A stretch of 64,000 nt of DNA from Acidobacteriota bacterium (GCA_040754955.1 JBFMCA010000002.1:5243-69242), one strand, 5' to 3'; counted from the stretch's first letter, positions 35,096 to 45,536 are shown. The notes: a model not told the origin generated them from the sequence alone. Program-made: numbers and translations.

Positions 35096-37707
35096 GGCTG
35101 CACCGCCGGATTCACCTGGCCGAGAAGGTCGTCCAGTGTGTGGACGTCGCGCGTCGCCAGCACGACGAACGGCGGGGCCTCGAGCTCCCGGAACGTGCGA
35201 TGGGCGACCTCGAGATGATCGGCGCGGAACCCCGACGGCACGTCGTAGAAAGCCATGGTGCGGACGCCGAGCAGCGGACCGAGGTACGAAAAGCCCCCGT
35301 ATGTCGTCACCAGCGCATCGGCGCCGGCAATGACGCGCGTCTGCACGTCCAGATTGTTCGATGGGTTCATCAAATGGTCCACCCTGAAGACGCGCGGCGA
35401 GGTCTCGGGCTGATACTCGTTGTGATCGTCCATCTGCAGACCGGTATGGAGCAACACCACGTCATACCGGCTCGTCACCCGCGCCAGGACGTCGCGCACG
35501 AACCTTACCGTGTCGGGGGAGTTCGGCAGACCGAGGTTCGAATAGAACTTGACCGCCACATACCGCTGCGGAAGGCCTGGCACGATGCCCCGGGGCTCGA
35601 CCCGCAACGGGCGGGGTAACAGAAACGGCCGCACGACCTCGAAGGGCGCCTCCTGCATCCAGAAGGGCCTGAACAGATGGTACATGAAACGTGGGTGCAG
35701 CCACTCGAATTCGCCCAGCCCACGCGACGCGCCGGCCCTGCGGACCAGCCCGTCCTCGAACGCCGTGGTGGCGTATTGTTTCTGTCCGTGCTGGTCGGTC
35801 ACGCGCTCGTCGAGCGCCTGACGTAGCCCGTCGACCGAACAGTGGTCCAGGGCATCAACATAGTGCTCCGCGATGCCTCCATACCAGGCGGCGGTCCCGC
35901 CCCGCGAGACCACGGTCACGCGGGACGGCCGGATGTCGGCGTACTTGAGCGCCCAGCGGACGAACGGAATCCAGTACAGGAGCTCGAAGCCCGTCTCGCT
36001 GAGCCAGGGACCGACGATGACGGGCCGGCCGTTCCGGCGCGCGCGGTCCAGCAGTTCGACCAGCAGCTCGAAGCTTTCGCTCCGCTCGATGTCGGCAGGA
36101 CCGACCATGCCGCGTTTGGGCGTCGACGGCCGGAGCCGCCGACGTGAGCGGGAACCCGCATCGCGAAGACGCCGCCCGACCCGTGTCAGGGCCTTCCGGG
36201 CACGGTTGCGCGCCCTGCGCACCCGGCGGGCGGCGTCCTTGGCGGCGTCCCGGGATCGGCGTGGCCAACCCCGCGACGCGACCAGGCCCCGCAGGAGCGG
36301 ACCGGCAACGAGGCGCCCCGCCAATGCCCCTCGGCTGGGCGCAGGCGCCGGGCTCCTGCCCAGGGCTTCGATGGCGTCGACGAAGCGAGGCGTCGCCGGC
36401 GCATCGAGGCCGAAGGGGCGAATGAACTCCCGCACGAACGGCGCATTGTCAATCGGCAGCGTCCCGGCAATCGCGCCCGCAAGCTGCGGCAGATGCTCGT
36501 CGATGGACCGCGAGGTATGCAGCAGGCCGCCGCCGACCGTCAGGAGGTAGTGGAAGTGCAGGGTGCCTTCCTGGCTCTTCCAGTACTTCTGGGGCAGAAT
36601 CGCTAGCACGGGACGACCGACGATGCCGGCCTCCAGAAATGCGCTGGTGTTCAACCCGACCACCGCCGCGGCGTGGTACATCGCATCGAAGTAGTCGTCG
36701 CGCGACTGGGTGTCGATCGGATTCGACCCGTGAAAAGCCACGCCCAGCTGCGACACGTCGTGCCCCGCCCACTCGTCGGGGCGGCCGGGATGCGGGCGGA
36801 CGAGAATGCCTATCCCCTGGAGCCTCACGTCGCGGCTCTCCCGGACGGCGCGTATCCATTCGACGGTGAAATCCGCTTCGGGAGGGTCGCCGCGGAAGAG
36901 CGAGGAGCACACGTACAGAACGAAGGGGCGATCGGCCCGAAGGCCCATGGCCGCGCAGAACGTCTCTCGGCTGCGTGTGGGCCGCCGCCCGAACCACTGG
37001 TCGTAGCACTGGGCGCCGGTGACCGCCACCCGTGACTCCGTCACGCCGTGCATCGTCAGCGCTTCCTGTTTCTGAACCGGGTTCCAGACGGTGACCAGAT
37101 CGGTCGGCATGCGGATTCGCGCCTTGCTGGAGAGGTGGTCCCAGCTGCCGACCGCCAGGACCGTCCGGATGCCGAGCAACCGCGCGCCCTTCAGCATGTC
37201 CAGCTGGGGCGAACCCAGATCGATGAGCGGCGTGAGGATGACGACATCCGGTGCGTGTCCGCTGAGCCACTCCACATAGGGCTGGTGGGCGGGAATGCCC
37301 GCCTCCAGCAGGTCCAGCCCGGCGCGAAGCGCGGCCCGGCCGGGCCGGAACCGGAAGCCCGCCTTCTCCACCAGGGCCACCGTCAGCGATGGCGTGCGCT
37401 CCTTGGCGCGCCTCCTCAGCATCGGCGCACGGTCGAAGGCGCGCTCCAGGTATCGCAGGTAGTCCTGCGAGAGCCGGACCGCGGTGCCAATCGTGAACCA
37501 TGGATCGTCCTTCGATCGCGCTGGCGTGTACCCCCAGCTCACGGATGGGAAACGCGCCGCGAGCCGCTGTACCATCGCGAGCCCGCCGGACCCATCCTCA
37601 CGATCCGCCGCCAGGTGCAGGTGGTGTCCGCGCTCGGCGAGCTCGACGAGGGCCGATTCGAAGTTGCGCAGGTACCCGAAGTGCCTGGCGCCGACAACGA
37701 TCTTCAT
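35092..37707 (-). CDS. Two-domain fusion: 'SWD/RPHP' GT-B domain + 'GPW/AVKFY' domain
   Basis: N-half: RHFGYLRNF, GSWDHLSSK, VRPHP, QEGTLHFHYL. An Arg-rich linker follows. C-half: GPWLSETGFELLYWIPF, AVKFY, TYGGFSYL. Confidence 0.8.
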   Translation of the reverse strand: MKIVVGARHFGYLRNFESALVELAERGHHLHLAADREDGSGGLAMVQRLAARFPSVSWGYTPARSKDDPWFTIGTAVRLSQDYLRYLERAFDRAPMLRRRAKERTPSLTVALVEKAGFRFRPGRAALRAGLDLLEAGIPAHQPYVEWLSGHAPDVVILTPLIDLGSPQLDMLKGARLLGIRTVLAVGSWDHLSSKARIRMPTDLVTVWNPVQKQEALTMHGVTESRVAVTGAQCYDQWFGRRPTRSRETFCAAMGLRADRPFVLYVCSSLFRGDPPEADFTVEWIRAVRESRDVRLQGIGILVRPHPGRPDEWAGHDVSQLGVAFHGSNPIDTQSRDDYFDAMYHAAAVVGLNTSAFLEAGIVGRPVLAILPQKYWKSQEGTLHFHYLLTVGGGLLHTSRSIDEHLPQLAGAIAGTLPIDNAPFVREFIRPFGLDAPATPRFVDAIEALGRSPAPAPSRGALAGRLVAGPLLRGLVASRGWPRRSRDAAKDAARRVRRARNRARKALTRVGRRLRDAGSRSRRRLRPSTPKRGMVGPADIERSESFELLVELLDRARRNGRPVIVGPWLSETGFELLYWIPFVRWALKYADIRPSRVTVVSRGGTAAWYGGIAEHYVDALDHCSVDGLRQALDERVTDQHGQKQYATTAFEDGLVRRAGASRGLGEFEWLHPRFMYHLFRPFWMQEAPFEVVRPFLLPRPLRVEPRGIVPGLPQRYVAVKFYSNLGLPNSPDTVRFVRDVLARVTSRYDVVLLHTGLQMDDHNEYQPETSPRVFRVDHLMNPSNNLDVQTRVIAGADALVTTYGGFSYLGPLLGVRTMAFYDVPSGFRADHLEVAHRTFRELEAPPFVVLATRDVHTLDDLLGQVNPAVQP

Positions 37708-40340
37708 CGCTTCGTGGAACGCCGGTCCACCATGCCCTCGCCGAGTCCGAGCCCGACGCGCAGTACGTTCAGGTCCTGAAGGTCGAGTGGCAGGAACGAC
37801 GCTGAGTTCAGATCCGTGAAGACCCGCTTGGCAATCTCGAGGTGGTCGATGCGGAACCCTGACCCGTCGGAGTAGAAGGCCAGCGCGTTCACGCCCAGCA
37901 GAGGCGCCAGGTAGGAAAAGCCGCCGTAGGTGCCGACGAAGGCGGAGGCGCCGGCAATGACGCGTGTCTGCACGTCCAAGTTGTTGCGCGGCGTCATCAG
38001 GTGATCGAGGGTGTGAATGCGCTCGCGCGCGCCGGCCGGGAAGTCGGCGTGATCGTCGAACTTGACCCCGGTGTTGAGCAGCACCACATTGTGGCCGGCC
38101 GAGAGGTGGGCCAGGTAGGATTGGATGAAGGCGCGGTTCGACGGGATGTCTGGGAAACTGTGGTTCGTGTAGAACTTGACGGCGACATAGTCGTCCGGCA
38201 GATGTGCGGCCAGCTCGCCGAGGTCAGGCCGCTCGATGCGCCGGTGCACCGTGAACCCCTGCACCAGGCCGACGGATGCCTGGAGGCGCCAGAAGATCCG
38301 GAAGAGGCGGTACATCAGCGAAGGGTGCAGCACGTCCACCTCGCGAAGACCGGCGGCGTGCTGCACGCGATCGAGAATCTCCTGATCGTAGTCCGCGATC
38401 TCGACGTGTTTCTGCAAGCCTCCCTGCTGGAGGATGCGTTGGTCGTTGCGCGTGCGGAACTCGTCGGGCGTGTAGAAGTCGAAGACGTCGTGGTAGTTCG
38501 TGCTGAGATGGCGGTACCACGTGGCGCACCCGCCGCGGGAGACAATGAACAGCCGATCGTCACGGAAGTTGCCGTAGCGTTTCGCCCAGTTCAAGAACGG
38601 GATCCAGTAAAGCAGCTCGAACCCGGTTTCGCTCAGCCACGGCCCCACGAGGATCGGTTTGCCGGAGCGCGCCACGCGGTTCAGCGCTTCCTTCGTGTCT
38701 TCGACTTCCTCGACCGAATCGAAGAGGTTCTGCGCACGGTTCCGTATTCGTTCCGACTTCGGCAGGACCACTTGCGGCTGCTCGGTGCGCACCCGCTTAA
38801 GGATGAGGCGCTTCAGGAACTGCCGCGTACCGCGTTTGGTGTTTTGGATGGCACGCTTCAGTTCGCGCCGGCTGGTCTTCCGGAACGTCAGCCAGCGCGA
38901 ACGCAGCAGACGCAGCCAGATGAGGGGATACAGTGCCGGCCGGATCAGCCACGACCACCACGGTGTGCCCGCCCTGGCCGGCGCGGGCGCCTCCGCCATG
39001 GCGACGATCCCGGCGGTCAACACGGGAGTCGCCGGGTGGTCCAGGCCGAAGGGGCGGACGAATGCCGTGACGAACGGCTTCGTCTCCGGCGGCGCGTCGC
39101 GCAGGGCGGCGGCGAGCTGGACAAGGTGTTCCTCGATGCCGCGGCCCACGCGCAGGAGGCCGCCGGCGAGCTCGGTGAGGTACCGCCAGTGGATCGTGCC
39201 CTCCTGGTTGCGGGCGTATTCCGGCACCAGGACCGAGAGTACAGAACGGCCCACGACACCGGCCTCGATGAGTGCGGACGTGTTCAGACCGACGATGACC
39301 TGACTGTGGTACAGCGTGTCGAAATAGTCCGACTTCCCGTCGTCGTCGACCGGGTTGCCTGATCGCACCGTGACCCGGTCGTGGTCGGAGAAATCGGCGC
39401 GGCGCCACTCATCGACACGCTGGGGGTGCGGACGGATGAGGAGGTTGGCATCTCGAAGCGCGGGGTCCGAGCTCGCCCGCACGGCGGTCACCCACTGCTC
39501 CACCAGATCGGCCTCGGGTGGGCTGCCGCGGAAAAGCGAGGAGCAGACCCAGGTCACGATCGGCTTGTCCGGGTCCAAACGGCGCTTCCGGCAGAATTCC
39601 TCGCGTCCGACGCGCGGCTGCCGATCGAACCACTGATCGAAACACTGCGCGCCCGTCACCACGACGCGATCGGGTGGCACGCCGTGGAACTCGACGGCTT
39701 CGCGCTTCTGCGTCTCGTTCCAGAGGAACACGCGGTCGGGGACCGAGCGGATGAGCGACTTGCTCGAGAGGTGGTCCCAGCTGCCCACGCAGAGGGCCGT
39801 ACGGAAGCCCTCCGCGCGCGCGGCTCGCAGGTGGTCGATCTGTGGCGATCCCAGCTCCACGAGGGGCGTGAGCAGGACCAGGTCGGGCTGTTGCGCCCGC
39901 AGGTACGCGCGCAGGCTGCCGCTGAGCGGAATCGAGCGTTCGAGCAAGGACAGCAGGCCGCCCATGACCGCGCGGCCCAGGACGGTGCGGTACCCCAGCA
40001 GATTGAGCACCGCAAGCGCGATGGTCGGAATCCGCTCCTCGGCCCGCAACCGCAAATGCGCGGCAGCGTCGTAGCGAGCATCCTGGTAGCGCAGGAAATC
40101 CTGCGCCAGCCGGAGGCGCGTCGCGAGCCAGCACCAGTTGTCGGCTTGACGATCGGGCGTCCAGCCGGTCGTGATCGACGGATGCTCGCGCGCCCACCGC
40201 TCCACCATCTCGCGGCCGCCGAGCGTCTCCTCGCGATCCGCGGCGAGGTGGACCGTATGGCCACGCCCTGCGAGGTCAAGAACGACACTCTCGTAGTTGC
40301 GGAGGTAGCCGAAATGACGCGCCAGGAAAAGAATCTTCAT
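37704..40340 (-). CDS. Two-domain fusion: 'SWD/RPHP' GT-B domain + 'GPW/AVKFY' domain
   Basis: Same architecture as the adjacent gene: RHFGYLRNY, GSWDHLSSK, IRPHP, QEGTIHW; then GPWLSETGFELLYWIPF, AVKFY, GTYGGFSYLAP. Confidence 0.8.
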   Translation of the reverse strand: MKILFLARHFGYLRNYESVVLDLAGRGHTVHLAADREETLGGREMVERWAREHPSITTGWTPDRQADNWCWLATRLRLAQDFLRYQDARYDAAAHLRLRAEERIPTIALAVLNLLGYRTVLGRAVMGGLLSLLERSIPLSGSLRAYLRAQQPDLVLLTPLVELGSPQIDHLRAARAEGFRTALCVGSWDHLSSKSLIRSVPDRVFLWNETQKREAVEFHGVPPDRVVVTGAQCFDQWFDRQPRVGREEFCRKRRLDPDKPIVTWVCSSLFRGSPPEADLVEQWVTAVRASSDPALRDANLLIRPHPQRVDEWRRADFSDHDRVTVRSGNPVDDDGKSDYFDTLYHSQVIVGLNTSALIEAGVVGRSVLSVLVPEYARNQEGTIHWRYLTELAGGLLRVGRGIEEHLVQLAAALRDAPPETKPFVTAFVRPFGLDHPATPVLTAGIVAMAEAPAPARAGTPWWSWLIRPALYPLIWLRLLRSRWLTFRKTSRRELKRAIQNTKRGTRQFLKRLILKRVRTEQPQVVLPKSERIRNRAQNLFDSVEEVEDTKEALNRVARSGKPILVGPWLSETGFELLYWIPFLNWAKRYGNFRDDRLFIVSRGGCATWYRHLSTNYHDVFDFYTPDEFRTRNDQRILQQGGLQKHVEIADYDQEILDRVQHAAGLREVDVLHPSLMYRLFRIFWRLQASVGLVQGFTVHRRIERPDLGELAAHLPDDYVAVKFYTNHSFPDIPSNRAFIQSYLAHLSAGHNVVLLNTGVKFDDHADFPAGARERIHTLDHLMTPRNNLDVQTRVIAGASAFVGTYGGFSYLAPLLGVNALAFYSDGSGFRIDHLEIAKRVFTDLNSASFLPLDLQDLNVLRVGLGLGEGMVDRRSTKR

Positions 40341-41947
40341 CGTATGAGGTCACGCACGCGTTTGAGCGCCCACTGGGTCCGCATCGCCAGCTTGCGCCGG
40401 CGGTGCTGACGCCACTTCTGCCGGCGATCGCGGCGGTGTTGACCGACGAGCGCGTCGCGCGCACTCTGTTCGGCATGCTGCCTGCCGTCCTCCAGCAGGC
40501 GCCGGAGCAGCCCGTTCCGCGACGAGGCGAGGCGGAGCGCGGTCCAGCGCGCCCAGACCGGCGCCGCGGGCTTCACCGAGGTGACCGGCGTGCGGGCGAG
40601 CGCTTCCACCGCGTCGGCAAACACCGGCGTGGATGCTCGGTCGAGCCCCCGCGGGCGCACAAAGGCGCGCAGAAAACGCTGCTGACGCGCGCGTTGTCCG
40701 TCGCCGTCACGCTCGAGCGCCCGCAGCTGCTCCACGTGCTCGCCGTACGAACGGGCCACCATGAGCAGCCCTTCTTCGATCTCCAGCAGGTAGCGGAAGT
40801 GCAGCATGCCGCGCTGGTGCAGGTCGAGCTCGGGCAGTAGAATCGTCATCACCGGACACCCGGCGATTGCCGCCTCGAGAAACGCGCTCGTCACGAGGCC
40901 GACCACCGCAGAGCTGTAGGCCAGCGCATCGAAGTAGTCGGCCTTCGCGTCGCCCGTGACGGGGTTGGCGCCAGCAATGACGACGGGGCCCAGCTCGGGC
41001 CAGCGAATGCCTTCCCACTCCTTCCGACGTTCCGGGTGCGGACGGATCAGAATCGCCGCGTCTCGCACCTCCGGGTCGTCGCTGCGGCGAATCTCCTCGA
41101 TCCAGCGTCGCACCAGGCGCGACTCGCCGGGGTCGGGCGTGAGCGCCGAGCAGACCCAGAGATACAGCCGCCGACCTGGCGGCAGGCCCATGGCGATGGC
41201 AAACGCCTCGCTTGTCCGCGACGGCTGCCGATCGAACCACTGATCGTACACCTGCGCGCCGGTGACGACGATGCGATCGGGCGGCAGCCCGTGGAGTTCC
41301 ACGGCCTCGCGCTTCTGCGTGTCGTTCCAGACGAACACCCGATCGGGCGCCACCCTGATCAGCGCCTTGCTGGAGAGGTGATCCCAGCTGTAAACGCACA
41401 CGCCGGCAGGCACGCCGGCTGCCATCGCGGCGCGCACATGATCGATCTGCGGCGCGCGGGAGTTGGTGACCGACGTGAAGAGCGCCACGTCCGGGCGTTC
41501 GGCCGCGAGGAGCGCAAGCATGCCCACGTGGATCGGCATCGCACGGTCGATGGCGTCCAGTGCGCTCATGAGGGCGCGTCGCCCCCGTGGGGTGTTCACT
41601 AGCGGCACACGCAGCGCCGCGATCATTGCGCGCGGGACCCGATCCGAGGCCCGTGCGAGCAGCTTCGGAAACGGATCGAAGGCCGGATCGAGAAACCGCA
41701 GGTAGTCGATCGCCTGACGGACCTTGCGAGCCACCCGAAACCAGCCTTCCGGCTCGGGGACCGGCGCCCAGCCCCAGCGGACCGCCGGCCAGCGCGCCGC
41801 GAGCCGCTCGACCAACGCCCGCCCGCCCAGGTCTTCCGGCTCGTCGGCGAGCAGGAGCAACTCGTGACCACGGGCGGCGAGCTCGTCGACGAGAGACTCG
41901 AAGTTTCGGAAGAACCCGAAATGCAGCGCCGAGATGACGACCTTCAT
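40337..41947 (-). CDS. 'SWD/RPHP' GT-B-like transferase with basic C-terminal tail
   Basis: Motifs LHFGFFRNF, YSWDHLSSK, IRPHP and QRGMLHFRYL. Tail RRDRRQKWRQHRRRK. Confidence 0.78.
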   Translation of the reverse strand: MKVVISALHFGFFRNFESLVDELAARGHELLLLADEPEDLGGRALVERLAARWPAVRWGWAPVPEPEGWFRVARKVRQAIDYLRFLDPAFDPFPKLLARASDRVPRAMIAALRVPLVNTPRGRRALMSALDAIDRAMPIHVGMLALLAAERPDVALFTSVTNSRAPQIDHVRAAMAAGVPAGVCVYSWDHLSSKALIRVAPDRVFVWNDTQKREAVELHGLPPDRIVVTGAQVYDQWFDRQPSRTSEAFAIAMGLPPGRRLYLWVCSALTPDPGESRLVRRWIEEIRRSDDPEVRDAAILIRPHPERRKEWEGIRWPELGPVVIAGANPVTGDAKADYFDALAYSSAVVGLVTSAFLEAAIAGCPVMTILLPELDLHQRGMLHFRYLLEIEEGLLMVARSYGEHVEQLRALERDGDGQRARQQRFLRAFVRPRGLDRASTPVFADAVEALARTPVTSVKPAAPVWARWTALRLASSRNGLLRRLLEDGRQHAEQSARDALVGQHRRDRRQKWRQHRRRKLAMRTQWALKRVRDLIR

Positions 41948-42636
41948 CGATGCCGCCGCAGGAGCCAGTCGGCCACTTCCAGATCGAACGGCGTGTCGAC
42001 GTCCACCGATTCGTGGGGGTCCATCACATAGGGCCGCGAGTCGTCCCCGTACAGGCTGCCGGCGACGATGACATCCAGGCGTGTCGCGAGGACGGCTGGG
42101 CCGTTCCGCGCGTAGAGGAGGGGCTTGTCCTGGCGGCGCGTGGCCGCGGGTCCCGGCTCGTACGGCCGCAGGCGCCCGGCCTCGAGGCGCAGGGCGGCGC
42201 CGGGGACGAACTGGTGCGGGATGGGAACGACGCTGACGACAGAATCGGCGCCGGTTGCGGCAAGCAGCTCGAGGGCCTCGTCAATGTGCGATGCGCGCCG
42301 GAGCGGCGACGTGGGCTGGAGAAGGACGATGACATCCGGCTGGTAGCCTTCCCTCACGCGGAGCTCGACGGCGAGCGACTGCAGCACCGGCAGCATCGGA
42401 GTGTCGGAGGCGGCAAGGGCGGCGGGTCTGAGAAACGGCACCTCGGCTCCGAGGCGCTGGGCCAGCCGCGCGATCTCCTCGTCGTCGGTGCTGACGATGA
42501 CGCGCGACACCCGGGCGCCGCCGAGCGCACTCTCGACAGCCCACTGCAGCAGAGGCTTGCCCCCGACCTCCGCAAGGTTCTTGCGCGGAATCGCGGCGGA
42601 CCCCCCGCGCGCCGGCACGACGGCCAGTACCTGCAT
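41944..42636 (-). CDS. neuA: CMP-ulosonate (acylneuraminate) cytidylyltransferase, copy 3
   Basis: Motifs VPARGGSAAIPRKN, VSTDD, LLQPTSPLR, RRQD, RNG and DVDT. Confidence 0.92.
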   Translation of the reverse strand: MQVLAVVPARGGSAAIPRKNLAEVGGKPLLQWAVESALGGARVSRVIVSTDDEEIARLAQRLGAEVPFLRPAALAASDTPMLPVLQSLAVELRVREGYQPDVIVLLQPTSPLRRASHIDEALELLAATGADSVVSVVPIPHQFVPGAALRLEAGRLRPYEPGPAATRRQDKPLLYARNGPAVLATRLDVIVAGSLYGDDSRPYVMDPHESVDVDTPFDLEVADWLLRRHR

Positions 42637-43790
42637 TAATAGTGAATCCGCTTCTGGGAGCGGAGCGGAGTCGTGGCCAGGACGGCCGCGATTCGTTCGC
42701 CCGCCCGCCCGTCGCCGTAGATGTGCACACTCTCGAACCGGCCGTGCGCGACCTGCCGCCGTACGGCTTCGGCGATCTGCGAGCGGTCGTGCCCCACGTC
42801 GATGACGTTCGGACCGCGCTCGCGGCCCGCCTGCCGCGTGCCGATGTTCACGGCCGGCGCACCGAGGAACGCCGCCTCACGGATCGAGGCGCTGGAGTTG
42901 CCGACTAGGCAGGCGGCGCGTATCATCAGACGCACGTAGGTCTCCACCGGGAAGTTCTTGTAAAAACGGACATGGTCGGGCCGCTCGCGTTCCCTGAACT
43001 TCCGTATTCCCCGCGCGACGTCGTCCGATCCGGCGTCGACGTTGGGCCACAACATGATGGTGGGGATACCAAGCTCGGCGATCGCCGCCAGCGTCTCCGT
43101 GATCTGCCGCTCCCCCTGGCCGTACTCGGTGGTCACCGGGTGCTGGCTGACAAGCAGGAATGGTCGGGACACGTCCACGTGCCCGCCCACGCCCTCTCGG
43201 TCGAACCAATCGAGATCGAGGCCGTTGCGATCCTCCATGGCGATCTCGGCCACGAGGTCGATGCGCGGACACCCGACCACGTGTACCGATGCCGGGTCTT
43301 CGCCCATCCGCACGATACGATCCGCTGCCAGGCGGTTAGCCGGAAAGTGCAGGTGCGCGAGTTTGGTCACGGCATGACGGATGCTCTCGTCGATCGTTCC
43401 CGTGACCTCGCCGCCCATGGTGTGCGCCACGGTGAGGTTCATGTACGACGCCGCGACCGCGGTGGCCATGGTCTCAAAGCGGTCGCCGACGCTGACGACG
43501 ACGTCGGGCCTCAGCATCTCGAAAAGCGTGGGGAGCTCCAGCAGTCCCAGGCCGGTAGACTTGGCCATGGTGACGGGGGTCTCGCCCTCGATGATCATGT
43601 TGACCCGGGCGTCTGGCACGAATCCGTCGCGCTCGATTATGTCGACGACCGAGCCGAACCGATCGAGGACCGCCGAGGCGCCCACGATCACCTGCAGGTG
43701 GAGGTCGGGATGCGCCTTGATCGCCCGCATCGCAGCCTTGATGCTGCTGTAGTTCGCCCGTGAGCCGATCACCACGCAAATCTTACGCAT
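42636..43790 (-). CDS. neuC: UDP-N-acetylglucosamine 2-epimerase, hydrolysing type, copy 2
   Basis: Motifs GSRANY, GDRFE, AHTMGGE, GTIDESIRHAVTKLA, QHPVTTE, VGNSS and NIGTRQ. Confidence 0.92.
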   Translation of the reverse strand: MRKICVVIGSRANYSSIKAAMRAIKAHPDLHLQVIVGASAVLDRFGSVVDIIERDGFVPDARVNMIIEGETPVTMAKSTGLGLLELPTLFEMLRPDVVVSVGDRFETMATAVAASYMNLTVAHTMGGEVTGTIDESIRHAVTKLAHLHFPANRLAADRIVRMGEDPASVHVVGCPRIDLVAEIAMEDRNGLDLDWFDREGVGGHVDVSRPFLLVSQHPVTTEYGQGERQITETLAAIAELGIPTIMLWPNVDAGSDDVARGIRKFRERERPDHVRFYKNFPVETYVRLMIRAACLVGNSSASIREAAFLGAPAVNIGTRQAGRERGPNVIDVGHDRSQIAEAVRRQVAHGRFESVHIYGDGRAGERIAAVLATTPLRSQKRIHY

Positions 43791-44724
43791 GAAAGATGCC
43801 TGAGGTGAACGGCGGCAGGTCCCGCGTGTCGACGCGTGGAATCTCGAACGGTCCGTCGCTTACGGGATCCGCAATCCGCCGCGTCGTCGTGAACGCCATC
43901 GCGTATCCGGCCGCAAACAGCGCCGCGACCGTCGCCGCCGTGTACGTGTGCACGTGGCCGTAGGGGTAACAGAACGGAACGGACGCCTGGCCCGTCAGGG
44001 CGCGGATGCGCGCGACGCCGCGCGCGACTTCGTCGTCCAGGTCGCGCCCGGCCAGCCGCGACATGACCCGATGGCGCTCCGTGTGAAACCCAAACGTCAT
44101 GCCGCTCCGCGACATCTCGCCGACGTCCGACGCCGACAGGTACAGGCCTCTCGCCGCATCGATTTCGTCGCCCACGTGGCGCGTGAACAGCCGGGTCAGC
44201 ACCTCGTCGGCCGCCGCGTACGGCAACTCATAGTTCAGGAGGTGCTTGATCGCGGCCTCGTCCGGCGCGGTGTCGTAGCGATAGACCTCGCCGCGTCGCG
44301 GCAGCCCGCCCGCGGACGGCATCTCCTTGAGCGCCTCGCTGACGGCCTCCGCAAACCGCGCGCCTCCGAGGGCCTCGATCAGCAGATGTACCTTGTGCAC
44401 GTTGAGGAGGCGGGGCGGGTCGTCGAGCGCGCTGCCGGTGATGAAGAATACGCCGGTGCAGCCCCGTGCCACGAGACGGGACCAGACCGCATCCCGGTGG
44501 TCGAGAAAGCCGTCGTCAAAGGTCAGGAGCGAGGCGTCGCGGACGAGTGGCCGGCGGTCCGCGATCGAGGATGCGAACTCGCCGTAGTCCACCGGCGGCC
44601 ACGCTGCGGCAAGCCAGTCGAGTTGCGCGTCGAAGTCACGCAGCGAGAGGGCGTTGACGCCCCGCGTGCCAGCAGGCGTGTCCCGCACGTAGTGGTACAT
44701 GGCAACCAGGCAGCGCCCCGTCAC
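43783..44724 (-). CDS. Polysaccharide deacetylase (CE4/NodB homology)
   Basis: Motifs MYHYV, LTFDDG, FGFHTERH and FCYPYG. GTGA overlap at 44721-44724. Confidence 0.88.
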   Translation of the reverse strand: MTGRCLVAMYHYVRDTPAGTRGVNALSLRDFDAQLDWLAAAWPPVDYGEFASSIADRRPLVRDASLLTFDDGFLDHRDAVWSRLVARGCTGVFFITGSALDDPPRLLNVHKVHLLIEALGGARFAEAVSEALKEMPSAGGLPRRGEVYRYDTAPDEAAIKHLLNYELPYAAADEVLTRLFTRHVGDEIDAARGLYLSASDVGEMSRSGMTFGFHTERHRVMSRLAGRDLDDEVARGVARIRALTGQASVPFCYPYGHVHTYTAATVAALFAAGYAMAFTTTRRIADPVSDGPFEIPRVDTRDLPPFTSGIFHA

Positions 44725-45536
44725 GGCCTTTGCTGCGTGAGAAGGGGCACGGCCGCATCGCGGCGTGCCCTGTCGCTGAGGTACTCGTCGACCATGCCGG
44801 TGTCGAACTGCCGGTACATCCGGCGCACGGCGTCGGCAGAGAAGTCCTGTCGCTGGTACAGCCGGCCGCCGCCGGCCTGCGGGACTGCGCGCGCGCGGTT
44901 CTCGGCGTGCAGGCGGGCGCAATCGATCAGCGCCCGGACCCCGGCTACGATGGCCTTGTTCCCGAGATCGTGCGGTCCGTCGGCGGCGCTGATCTCGGGC
45001 CGGGCGTGCTCAAGGATGGGGCCGGTGTCGATGCCCGCGTCGAGGTAGTGCACCGTGGCGCCCACTAGCTCCGGCTCGCGGTTGACCAGCGGCCAGAAGT
45101 TGGTCCCTGCGCCGCGATAGTACGGGGAAAGGCCGAGGTGCAGGTTGATGATCCGTCCGGAAAACCGGCTGATGATGTCGCCGCGCAGCAGCCCAGTTCC
45201 GAAGACGAGCACCACGTCGGGGTCGAGCGCGGCCATGGTCTCGATCTCGGCGCGGTCGTTCACGAGGCCTGGGGCGCCGCGGCGCACAACGGCGGCGGGG
45301 TCCAGATCGAGGCGGGTGTCGCCGACGAAGAACCGATGCTCGGCCGCATCGCGCGCAGCGAAGTGCCGCGCGATCACCTCGTGGTCGCTCGCGGTCGTTG
45401 CGTACCGCTCCGGAACAAAAGACTTCTCCTCCTGCCAGACGCCGGCGACGTCGAGGTCCCGCGCGATCGTGTTGATCGCGTGTTGGTGGCGGAGGAACGT
45501 GCTCGAGAGCACGACCACGCGCGGGTTCCGGCTCAT
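44721..45536 (-). CDS. Formyltransferase (N10-formyl-THF dependent) family protein
   Basis: Motifs INLHLGLSPYYRG and GATVHYLDAGIDTGPI. Confidence 0.85.
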   Translation of the reverse strand: MSRNPRVVVLSSTFLRHQHAINTIARDLDVAGVWQEEKSFVPERYATTASDHEVIARHFAARDAAEHRFFVGDTRLDLDPAAVVRRGAPGLVNDRAEIETMAALDPDVVLVFGTGLLRGDIISRFSGRIINLHLGLSPYYRGAGTNFWPLVNREPELVGATVHYLDAGIDTGPILEHARPEISAADGPHDLGNKAIVAGVRALIDCARLHAENRARAVPQAGGGRLYQRQDFSADAVRRMYRQFDTGMVDEYLSDRARRDAAVPLLTQQRP

